IMG/VR virus record: IMGVR_UViG_3300028591_000131
Location: 39,185-103,184 of that record
Strand: one strand, 5' to 3'
DNA from: a virus
Taxonomy: Duplodnaviria; Caudoviricetes
Length of the DNA: 64,000 bases
Under the pieces are notes generated by a model that was not told the DNA's origin, searched no databases, and saw only the letters and a list, made by a program, of their open reading frames with translations. Shown here in pieces: positions 20,360-27,945 of this stretch. A program made the position numbers and the translations under genes. The first letter of the stretch is position 1. Every line of letters begins with the position of its first letter.

Positions 20360-21703
20360 TTAATGATGAAATTTTTTTGCATTTTTAGCGAAATTAGCCC
20401 TCTTCACAAGTGTAGTTGAATAATGATCTTTGTTTGCAAGTATTTGACTTGCATACGCTTGTACGGATTTACCAGCACGATTGGCAGCTGCTGTGAATTT
20501 GCCGCGATTTTCTGGTTTAATGTGAATTGAACCTCCTTTTGCATAACTACCTGTATATTGTCCAGATTCTATCAAATCCAAGTCATTTAACATTATCTTG
20601 TTTCTACCGAGAGGCTTTCCTCCCACCGTTCTTGCACTTTCTTTTCTTATAGAATCTTTATCGTCGACATATATAGCCTTTACAAGTTTAGGAAATTGTG
20701 TAATACCAGGGTTATAATTATAATCTATAAGCCATGCCTGCATTTCCGGGGACAATCTATCGAAAGCGCCAACATCATTATTTGTAGTGTCATAAAATCT
20801 TCTTGTTGCTTCAATATCTTTACGTATTCTTGCATTTATGAAATCATCGTGCTGTTGTTTTGTAAGGTAACCCTGTCTGTTGTACAGCTTCGTCCACGCC
20901 TCGTTTGGATAAAGCTTCAAACCATCTCCGATGGTCTGCTCTCCGCCTTCCACAGAATCGTAGGCTACATATCTCTGTGTGACAGGATCGTAGCCCACAT
21001 TCGCATTATTTTCAACAAAATGAAGCCTGTTGCGCTGATACGCTACGGGATCACTGCTTTTTGTCATGTTGTTTGTGTTGTTTATGTAACGAAAATAAGA
21101 AGGTACGCCAGTATCTATCACGGGAACATAAGCACCTGTGCTAGCCGCCAACGATGTGTTTAGCTGTTTCATCAGCCCGGACAATGCCACAGGCTGCGAT
21201 TGTCGTACTGCGTACGGGTTTGACATCGTTGTGCCTGCAGGCTGTGCCCTGTTGATGCGGTATGTGCTCATAGGAGGATGCCAAGGACTTCCTTTATCGC
21301 CACCAGTATCATATAAATTAAAACTGTTAGCTCCCCATTGTCCATACTTGAAACCATTGGCAACTTTATTAATTGCAGAGGGCACAAATGTATTATTTTC
21401 CCAACTACCTCCAATTGCTTCTGGTGTACTATAAACACTTTCATTACTGAATGTAGGATGCCACGGTTTCTTCCACTTGTCTATCATATGATAATTTTGG
21501 TCCGGTAAATCACCATTCAACCACGCACCACGCAAATCGTAGTCGTAATCACTACGCAAATTCAACGGCAACGTCTGAACCCACTGCTGGTACTGTTGTT
21601 CTTGTTGAGGTGTCAACTGTGTGTTATAAAACTTATCTCTTTTAGAACCGCCTTTATCGTAATTTCTAGCCCAAGGGTATAATGATTTAATATGTTCGTT
21701 CAT
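20360..21703 (-). CDS. Modular virion cargo-like protein with a GH24/T4-lysozyme-like domain
   Basis: 'AYDSVEGGEQTIGDG...IDYNYNPG..QFPKL' lysozyme-like; C-terminal 'IHIKPENRGKFT...RANFAKNA' module common in crAss-like phages. Confidence 0.65.
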   Translation of the reverse strand: MNEHIKSLYPWARNYDKGGSKRDKFYNTQLTPQQEQQYQQWVQTLPLNLRSDYDYDLRGAWLNGDLPDQNYHMIDKWKKPWHPTFSNESVYSTPEAIGGSWENNTFVPSAINKVANGFKYGQWGANSFNLYDTGGDKGSPWHPPMSTYRINRAQPAGTTMSNPYAVRQSQPVALSGLMKQLNTSLAASTGAYVPVIDTGVPSYFRYINNTNNMTKSSDPVAYQRNRLHFVENNANVGYDPVTQRYVAYDSVEGGEQTIGDGLKLYPNEAWTKLYNRQGYLTKQQHDDFINARIRKDIEATRRFYDTTNNDVGAFDRLSPEMQAWLIDYNYNPGITQFPKLVKAIYVDDKDSIRKESARTVGGKPLGRNKIMLNDLDLIESGQYTGSYAKGGSIHIKPENRGKFTAAANRAGKSVQAYASQILANKDHYSTTLVKRANFAKNAKKFHH

Positions 21704-22034
21704 ATTTCGATTTATTTAATAAATAGTCTTCAAAGTACCAATCTTCAAATTCTTGTTTAGTGCGATTAACTGCAGCGTTTATCACAATTTCATTTGAAGC
21801 GTATAATTGTCTGTTGTATTCAAAATAAAATAACTTGTGATATGGGAAATCATTTGATATATTATCACGTTCTTTGACATAACGTTCAATAAAATTCCCA
21901 TCAGCCGTATTTATTTTATCATATGTACGTTTAGCCACATCATAATAAAACCGTACACGACTGGCTAATACACTTGTTCGCTTGTGTTTGTCCATATCAT
22001 TGCTCACTACATCGAAAACCAGCCGTGCTATCAC
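21687..22034 (-). CDS. Hypothetical protein
   Basis: 115 aa ORF. Confidence 0.45.
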   Translation of the reverse strand: MIARLVFDVVSNDMDKHKRTSVLASRVRFYYDVAKRTYDKINTADGNFIERYVKERDNISNDFPYHKLFYFEYNRQLYASNEIVINAAVNRTKQEFEDWYFEDYLLNKSKYERTY

Positions 22035-22242
22035 ATGTAATTGTAAATGGTCTACCCCAATCTTTAGGACAATTTATACAATCTTTATGTGGGTTTGTAC
22101 AAATACCATTTGGAGCATAACACGGTACATGCCAAGTTTCAGGATATGGACCGAATGCAGCAAGCTGATCTGATAAATCACGTTCTGCAAGCAATTCAGC
22201 AAGACGTTCCTTGCTTAACTTTAAATAATCTTCTTTACGCAT
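21997..22242 (-). CDS. Small Cys-rich hypothetical protein
   Basis: 'KEDYLKLSKERLAELL' followed by C..C.NP..DCINCP. Confidence 0.55.
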   Translation of the reverse strand: MRKEDYLKLSKERLAELLAERDLSDQLAAFGPYPETWHVPCYAPNGICTNPHKDCINCPKDWGRPFTITCDSTAGFRCSEQ

Positions 22243-22266
22243 ATGTTTGAATTTAAATTATCAAGT

Positions 22267-22276
22267 TGCAAAGATA
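22267..22276 (-). promoter_or_regulatory. Bacteroidota-type -7 promoter box
   Basis: TATCTTTGCA on the minus strand. Confidence 0.65.
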
Positions 22277-22288
22277 CTAAAATATTAT

Positions 22289-22483
22289 TTACAACCTACC
22301 AGTCTTTGTACCAATTCTACTTTCATCAAATTTTGTTTTTATAGATCCCAAAAGTCTTTTTACATGCGGTAAATCGTTTTGAGATATATAAAAATCCACC
22401 ACAGTGCGAAATTCTTCGCTGGTTAGTGCATTTGCTGGTTTACAAAGCAAATAATTTAATCTATTCAAATCGTTTTTGTTCAT
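22289..22483 (-). CDS. Hypothetical protein
   Basis: 64 aa, preceded by a promoter box. Confidence 0.5.
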   Translation of the reverse strand: MNKNDLNRLNYLLCKPANALTSEEFRTVVDFYISQNDLPHVKRLLGSIKTKFDESRIGTKTGRL

Positions 22484-22507
22484 AACTTTAGATTTTAATT
22501 ATTGAGT

Positions 22508-22517
22508 TGCAAAGATA
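22508..22517 (-). promoter_or_regulatory. Bacteroidota-type -7 promoter box at the strand switch
   Basis: TATCTTTGCA on the minus strand. Confidence 0.65.
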
Positions 22518-22689
22518 CGAAAAATTTTTTAATTTTTAAAATTTTTTATTTTTTTTTTTGAAAACTTTGTGGTTGTTAGGGAGAAGAGAATAATGTAGCG
22601 ACATCCGGGAGGTGTCTTGGTGTGTGGGTGCTATCCCCATACATTAAGCGTGAAAAAAACATTAGTACAAACCAATTAAATTAACAATT

Positions 22690-23061
22690 ATGAAATTAGT
22701 AGATTTCATTAGCGCAGCAAAAAAATTCAACCATTTCACGGACGTTTGCGATGAGTCGGAAATTGAAAAAATTGTATCTATCATTTCCAGACCTTACGCA
22801 GCGTTTACAACTAAAAACGGGCAAAACGTCCCAGCTGGTATTAGCTATCAATTAGCTACAAAAGAGGGCGCGTTTAAAGTGAAGTGCACCGAAAAAACTT
22901 TCAATGCTTTTGTGTGTTTAGTTAATAGTAATATTCCGAATACGGAGTACAAAAAGTATGTTACATTGACACATTTTGAGGGCAAAAATGCAGACGGTGA
23001 GGAATACGAAGTAAATACATTCACTTGTATTTACAATCCCATTGAGGAGCAGGCTGAATAG
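22690..23061 (+). CDS. First plus-strand (early) hypothetical protein
   Basis: 123 aa, AT-rich leader, own terminator. Confidence 0.7.
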   Translation: MKLVDFISAAKKFNHFTDVCDESEIEKIVSIISRPYAAFTTKNGQNVPAGISYQLATKEGAFKVKCTEKTFNAFVCLVNSNIPNTEYKKYVTLTHFEGKNADGEEYEVNTFTCIYNPIEEQAE

Positions 23062-23077
23062 CCTGTTCCCCTTTTTT
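23046..23077 (+). terminator. Rho-independent terminator
   Basis: ggagcaggct-gaat-agcctgttcc followed by a T run. Confidence 0.75.
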
Positions 23078-23190
23078 GGGTTAACTGCAGAGCTAGATTA
23101 ATTTTTTTAACTTTGTAGTTGACCTAGTTCACGCTTTATTATCCACTTAGATTAAATTAGTCTCGTCTTGGTGGTGTTAACAACAGAGGC

Positions 23191-23319
23191 TAAGCAATTA
23201 TTTATTGTGAGGTGGAATTTGACGTGTCGTATGACCTTTGAGTGCTGGTGAAAACCCAAGCTCGTCAAATTACAGAGGTGGTTTGGGTCGCACCCAAGGT
23301 AACAATAAATAATTGTTTA
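23191..23319 (+). ncRNA. Candidate multibranched structured RNA
   Basis: 18-bp closing stem (23191-23208/23302-23319) enclosing aatttgacg/cgtcaaatt and ttgggt/acccaa helices. Confidence 0.45.
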
Positions 23320-23865
23320 AGTTGTTGAGAATGAGAGAGATGATAATAACTCACCATCTCTCTCACTTCCCAGCAATTATCCCCAATTAAAATTGCTAAC
23401 GTAAAAGTATTAGCAATTTTGGGGATATTAATTTTATTAAAAGGTTGTGGATTGTCCTACAAAATCCTCATTAAGTTACTTTCATTTTGTATTGACCTTG
23501 TGAGCTTGCTCCCATCGTTAACCTGCTCTCATTATTAAGCCGATAATGAATGGAGTCGGTAAAACTCTCTGCAACATCAGGGAATTTGGCAATAATCCAT
23601 CAGTTAGGCTACAGTAGCTGATGCACGTATTGTTTAATTCTCTGATGCCAAGTAATATGATTTTCTAGACATTTAAAATTATCTGTGGCCTATGTACTGG
23701 TATAGAAAATTCCATAATCCTGTGACGACAGGTTACATGCTGATAACACTATTGATTTGCAGCAATAGTTGTGATAAGCATTGTAAGTTATCAATGTTCT
23801 GCAAGCATTGATAACGAAAATTATCCTCTGGGTGAGACAGACGTGTCTTGCATCGCGACCAGAGG

Positions 23866-23930
23866 ATTGTGTAATGTGGCTCGTCATTTGATGAACGGTT
23901 CCAAGCCCGTATAAATACAGAGGACACAAT
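23866..23930 (+). ncRNA. Twister ribozyme (type P1)
   Basis: P1 attgtg/cacaat, U^AA cleavage site (23872/23873), ggct/agcc pseudoknot, P3 tcat/atga, P4 acgg-ttccaagc-ccgt, 3' GAG+GA; matches the twister consensus order. Confidence 0.8.
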
Positions 23931-23933
23931 AAA

Positions 23934-24144
23934 AAACTCAATATAAAATATCCTTGTGGAGTTGTGGGGTAACTGCGTAAAACAGAGGATTTCCAAGATG
24001 TTGAGGACGCCAGTTTCTTATAGAGACTATAACAAATTAAGCTTGTGATCTTATGATAATAAAACATCTTGTTATTATAAACTGAGTGTGGTAAGGTAAA
24101 CAATTGATTTGTTGTACTATAAGTTTTAGGCGTAAAACACAAAA
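23934..24144 (+). ncRNA. Unnamed conserved structured RNA motif, copy 1
   Basis: AAACTCAAYA...CCAAGATGTTGAGG...GTAAAACACAAAA shared with 29304-29455, with covarying stems. Confidence 0.7.
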
Positions 24145-24153
24145 ATTAAAATT

Positions 24154-24651
24154 ATGGATATCTCAAAAATATTAAAAAAATGTCCCGCTGGGACAAAATT
24201 ATATTCTCCTATATTGGGAGATTGTTTCCTAAGAAAGGTATCTGCAAACGGAATTGTAGTAACACATATATTAGATCCATTGCGTGAATATCAATTCACA
24301 ATAGATGGAAAATATACTGTGGTAGGAAATATTCCAACTGCAGAGTGTGTATTATTTCCATCTAAAGAAAATAGTGATTGGTCAACATTCCAACAATCTA
24401 GGTTAGCAGAATACTCTACAGAAGAATTGCGTAAAGAACTTAAAAGACGTAATACTGAAGAAAAGGCATTACGTCAAAAAGAGTTCGATTCTGCACACAG
24501 ATGTAGAAATTGTAAGTTCTTTGAACTAGAACCAAATACAATATTTGGTAGTCATATTTGCGCTGCTCGTACATGGGGTAAAAACATTAAACGACATTAT
24601 GTCGTAAATGGTTCCCACGGTGTGCAATGTAAAGAATTTGTTCATAAATAA
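24154..24651 (+). CDS. Hypothetical protein (Bacteroidota-phage 'GTKLYSP' type)
   Basis: 'ILKKCPAGTKLYSPILG...ECVLFPSKENSDWS' and a Cys-rich C-terminus. Confidence 0.7.
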   Translation: MDISKILKKCPAGTKLYSPILGDCFLRKVSANGIVVTHILDPLREYQFTIDGKYTVVGNIPTAECVLFPSKENSDWSTFQQSRLAEYSTEELRKELKRRNTEEKALRQKEFDSAHRCRNCKFFELEPNTIFGSHICAARTWGKNIKRHYVVNGSHGVQCKEFVHK

Positions 24652-24660
24652 AAAATAGAT

Positions 24661-24840
24661 ATGTATTTCTTAATTGGGATTAAAAGCCTATTTTCAGACA
24701 GCATAGATGTATTGGATCAAGATCCATCATATGATGTATTAGCTAGAATTAAACGTGTAGCTGATATGACATTGAAATCAGATGATCCATATGTTATGAA
24801 ATACAAACGTCTTGAAATTAGAAAAGATATTTTAGAATAA
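24661..24840 (+). CDS. Small hypothetical protein (59 aa)
   Basis: ATG..TAA frame filling the gap between two genes; not in the ORF track. Confidence 0.5.
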   Translation: MYFLIGIKSLFSDSIDVLDQDPSYDVLARIKRVADMTLKSDDPYVMKYKRLEIRKDILE

Positions 24841-24851
24841 AATTAATCAAT

Positions 24852-25427
24852 ATGTGCTTATTTATTGATATAAAAAAACATAAAAATTTAAAACCAAAAA
24901 TAGCAAGACAAGATGTTTTTGGTTATAAAGTATTATTGTATAGTTGTTCACGAAAAGAGTTTTATACTCCATACATGCATATTCCAGTTGATGTAACTAC
25001 GGAGTTAAAATGTAGGCGCTTTCAAAATACTCCTCAAATACTAATAAATAATGAGGTTTATTGTATTAATAAAGCGATACATCTGTTTTCTACTGTAAAA
25101 AACGCAATAGATAACGCTCAATTGTGTATTAGCAAGATATCTAATATGGCTAATACATATACATTTGCTTGTGTATATCGTGTCACAATACCAAAGGGTA
25201 ATAAATATTGGATTGGTATGTACTACGACATATGCACAAAATCTATTTGTTTTAAAGATATTATTCAGGTGTTCTGTGATCCCCCTATAAACACTGGAAG
25301 AAGTTTGAAATTCTTACAAAATAAATGTATTAATCTTTTAAGAGATGGAGTTAACGAAGATATACTTCGTAACTTTTTCTATTCTATTGATGTTGATAAA
25401 ATAATTTGTGAGTATACCGAGGCATAA
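24852..25427 (+). CDS. Hypothetical protein, paralog of 30061-30411
   Basis: MCL...YKVL...TPYM...IPKG.KYWIG. Confidence 0.7.
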   Translation: MCLFIDIKKHKNLKPKIARQDVFGYKVLLYSCSRKEFYTPYMHIPVDVTTELKCRRFQNTPQILINNEVYCINKAIHLFSTVKNAIDNAQLCISKISNMANTYTFACVYRVTIPKGNKYWIGMYYDICTKSICFKDIIQVFCDPPINTGRSLKFLQNKCINLLRDGVNEDILRNFFYSIDVDKIICEYTEA

Positions 25428-25766
25428 CTTGGTATACTCAAACCTACGTATTAATCAAGGATTATCAACTATACAATTTCTTGGACCTGGTTTATTGTAC
25501 TAGTCGATAATCCTTTTATAAAATAGAGAAAATGTATATCAAAATTATTAAAGTTATTAAATGAGACGATAAATAAACATTTTCGATGGTTCATGTGAAA
25601 ATCATCTGCGGTGGTTGCTACACTACCAAGAAGCATAATATATGTTTAGATGAATTAGCTTTATAATGCATTATGTTGTATTGTTGGTCGTACATCGCCA
25701 GGTAGCAACAATATAAACATAATGTATCGATGCCACAGTGTTGGAATTGGTAGACAAGAGGGACTT

Positions 25767-26926
25767 AATTTTAAATTTGAGTGCATAGGCGAGAAATCCC
25801 TATGTAGAATCTCCTAAATTCGGTGGAAATCCTTTGCTCACAAGGCGGCGGATTAGAGCGAAACTTGTATTAGCTCAAAATCTATGGGTCGTCGGATGGA
25901 GTTACAAGGTGCTAAACAATAATGTACAAGGACTATACCGAGCGAAAATAAACAAACTGAAAGTAATATCAGTAAGGATTCAATCACTTAGAGGAATGTT
26001 TATAATCGTGTAGAGACTATAAACGTTTATTTATTAACTGTACTAAAATGTATTAGAAATGACAAAAGAAGAAAAAGCAGCAATTAGAGGTATGATGATT
26101 GGTGATTCATATTTAAGAAGAAAACAAAATTCTTATACAACAGAGTTATCAATTATTCATTCTCAAAAACAAAGAGATTATTTTCACTATAAAAGAAAAT
26201 TTCTTGAAACCGCATTCGGTAATAAAATAAATTTTTCTGAATATCTTAATGAAGGATATCCTTCTATAAGGTTATGTGTAGTACATAAATATTTAAACTT
26301 CTGCTTTAAATGGTTATATAAAAACCATAAAAAGTATATTAGTTTAAGATATTTAAGAAAAATCAATAATCAAGGAATTGCTTTTTGGTATATGGATGAT
26401 GGTAGTTTATATGCTAAGAAAACAAATGGAAAAATCCATGCTTATGAACTTGTAATATCTATGTATTCTTCTAAAGAAGAAGCAATGAATGCTATTAAGT
26501 TTATGAAAGAAAGATTAGATGTTAATTTTACCTTAAAATATAACAAAGGTAAATATTCTATTCGGTGTGGAACTAATATGGCAAAAAAGTTTTTAGAGCA
26601 AATAGATTGTTATATCCCCGAATGTATGTCATATAAAACGTTTAGAAGAACGGGAGATACCTAAGTTGGAATTGGATGATAATAAGCATAAGAAAATCTA
26701 CGATAATTGCATTATTTGATTTAATGTGTATGTCGAGAATAGCTTAGTACTATGTGATATATTATCTTCTCGCGAGAATTTCAATATGGTAAAGAGACAG
26801 TCCAGACCACAAATAAATTAACTGGCAAAAATTGTAAATACCCGTGGAAATCGGGCGTGTGTGGCTTAAAAACCCTCACGGCGTTAGTCAAGGTTAATTT
26901 ATGCTATGGTAACATAGTGTGGCAGG
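25767..26926 (+). mobile_element. Group I intron (IC3-like core) in the tRNA-Leu anticodon after U34
   Basis: 5' exon ends in U pairing with G of the IGS (actt/gagt); P aaattcggtggaaa, Q ataccgagc, R gtgtagagact, S aaagagacagtcc; P3 atctcct/gggagat; terminal G26926. Confidence 0.9.
26059..26664 (+). CDS. LAGLIDADG homing endonuclease (intron-encoded)
   Basis: Two motifs, 'AAIRGMMIGDSYL' and 'GIAFWYMDDGSL'. Confidence 0.9.
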   Translation: MTKEEKAAIRGMMIGDSYLRRKQNSYTTELSIIHSQKQRDYFHYKRKFLETAFGNKINFSEYLNEGYPSIRLCVVHKYLNFCFKWLYKNHKKYISLRYLRKINNQGIAFWYMDDGSLYAKKTNGKIHAYELVISMYSSKEEAMNAIKFMKERLDVNFTLKYNKGKYSIRCGTNMAKKFLEQIDCYIPECMSYKTFRRTGDT

Positions 26927-26981
26927 AAAATCCCTTGCCCGCAAGGGCGTGCGGGTTCAAGTCCCGCCTGTGGTACAAAAA

Positions 26982-27143
26982 ATAAATTAGTTGATCCGAG
27001 GTTCAAGAAGGCCCCCGTAAGATGGCTAATCGTGGGGCAATGCTTGAGATGGACATTGTGAAGGGACAGCCATAAGTCTTGAAGTACAGTTAGATGTGGA
27101 GGTCTGCTGAAAGAAGGTGACCGGGTAGGATCAACTAATTTAT
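26982..27143 (+). ncRNA. Candidate structured RNA between tRNAs
   Basis: Perfect 16-bp closing stem; inner helices ttcaaga/tcttgaa, atggct/agccat, caatg/cattg; GC-rich for this genome. Confidence 0.5.
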
Positions 27144-27150
27144 AGCAAAA

Positions 27151-27249
27151 ATATATTGCTTCATTGGTTTGAGTCCAATACTGTCCACAACCTATATGGT
27201 GACTAATGTGGGCGGTAAACGAGTAGTCGTTGTTGATTAGGCAATATAT
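27151..27249 (+). ncRNA. Candidate circularly permuted tRNA-like RNA (T arm, closed acceptor, D-like arm)
   Basis: attgg-TTTGAGT-ccaat T arm; actgtcc/gggcggt helix; aacga/tcgtt arm; closing atatattgctt/aggcaatatat. Confidence 0.4.
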
Positions 27250-27306
27250 CTTTTAGTTTTGGTTAATAAAAAGTCACAGTATATTTCCCTTCTATACTGT
27301 GACAAT

Positions 27307-27381
27307 GCTATCGTAGCTCAGTTGGTTAGTAGCAGTTGCCTTATAAGCAACAGGTCACTGGTTCAAGTCCAGTCGGTAGCA
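27307..27381 (+). tRNA. tRNA-Ile(UAU)
   Basis: Acceptor GCTATCG/CGGTAGC+A, anticodon arm GTTGC-CTTATAA-GCAAC, T arm ACTGG-TTCAAGT-CCAGT. Confidence 0.88.
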
Positions 27382-27409
27382 CAATTGTCAAATTTTTAAA
27401 TTAAACAAA

Positions 27410-27619
27410 ATGGAAATGGAAAAAGTTATTTTTACACTAACTGTAATTACATTAGGATGTTTCAGTTGTTTTGTTGTTACATATTGTGCAGTCATAACAA
27501 TATGTGAAACTAAGCACTGTCCCGAATTAATAACATTAGGTACAGCATTAGCACTTACAATGGTACTTTATTTCTTAATAGATATCATCAAATTCGTTTG
27601 GAAAGGAGGTCGAGAATGA
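27410..27619 (+). CDS. Small two-TM membrane protein
   Basis: Two hydrophobic stretches. Confidence 0.6.
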   Translation: MEMEKVIFTLTVITLGCFSCFVVTYCAVITICETKHCPELITLGTALALTMVLYFLIDIIKFVWKGGRE

Positions 27620-27945
27620 CATCTAATATGAATAAAAATCTTTGGGACGCACTCGCTTTGTTGTTTCAATGGATTTTATTAGCAATTATATTTACAGCAA
27701 CATTTGCATTTGCTGTAGCTATGTGTTCGTGCTCTACTCAGAAAAATATTTCTTCAGAAGAATACTATGAGGAATATTTTTACTACGACGAAATGTTATA
27801 TTATGATGCAGATCGTAATATAATTCTATACTATTGGGATGATCCATACGAGATATCTCTTGAGGGTGTAACGGTCGAAGATATTATGGATTCTGATTTT
27901 GTAATAACAAATGATAATAAATTGGAATATGTACAAGAAAGATGA
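27616..27945 (+). CDS. Putative lipoprotein/membrane protein
   Basis: Hydrophobic N-terminus ending ...AMCSC, acidic Tyr-rich remainder; ATGA overlap with the upstream gene. Confidence 0.55.
   Translation: MTSNMNKNLWDALALLFQWILLAIIFTATFAFAVAMCSCSTQKNISSEEYYEEYFYYDEMLYYDADRNIILYYWDDPYEISLEGVTVEDIMDSDFVITNDNKLEYVQER

Larger units (their letters stand above)
25732..26975 (+). tRNA. tRNA-Leu(UAA), exons 25732-25766 and 26927-26975
   Basis: Spliced product has acceptor GCCACAG/CTGTGGT+A73, anticodon arm AGGGA-CTTAAAA-TCCCT, long variable arm GCCC-GCAA-GGGC and T arm GCGGG-TTCAAGT-CCCGC. Confidence 0.92.

Noticed and set aside
2781-22173. Many short plus-strand or alternate-frame ORFs within structural genes
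   Set aside because: Shadow ORFs overlapping well-supported genes, with atypical composition.
23560-23660. Hammerhead ribozyme suggested by ctgatg motifs
   Set aside because: The sequences are CTGATGC rather than CTGAnGA, there is no matching GAAA core, and they form a simple long hairpin.
23690-24142. Minus-strand ORFs 23690-24142 and 23733-23996
   Set aside because: They are antisense to the twister and leader RNA, run against the local transcription direction and have no protein-like motifs.
26976-27400. HDV-like (theta) ribozymes directly after tRNA 3' ends
   Set aside because: The tRNAs are followed by A-rich sequence and I could not build the nested double pseudoknot by eye; a covariance search would be needed to exclude them fully.
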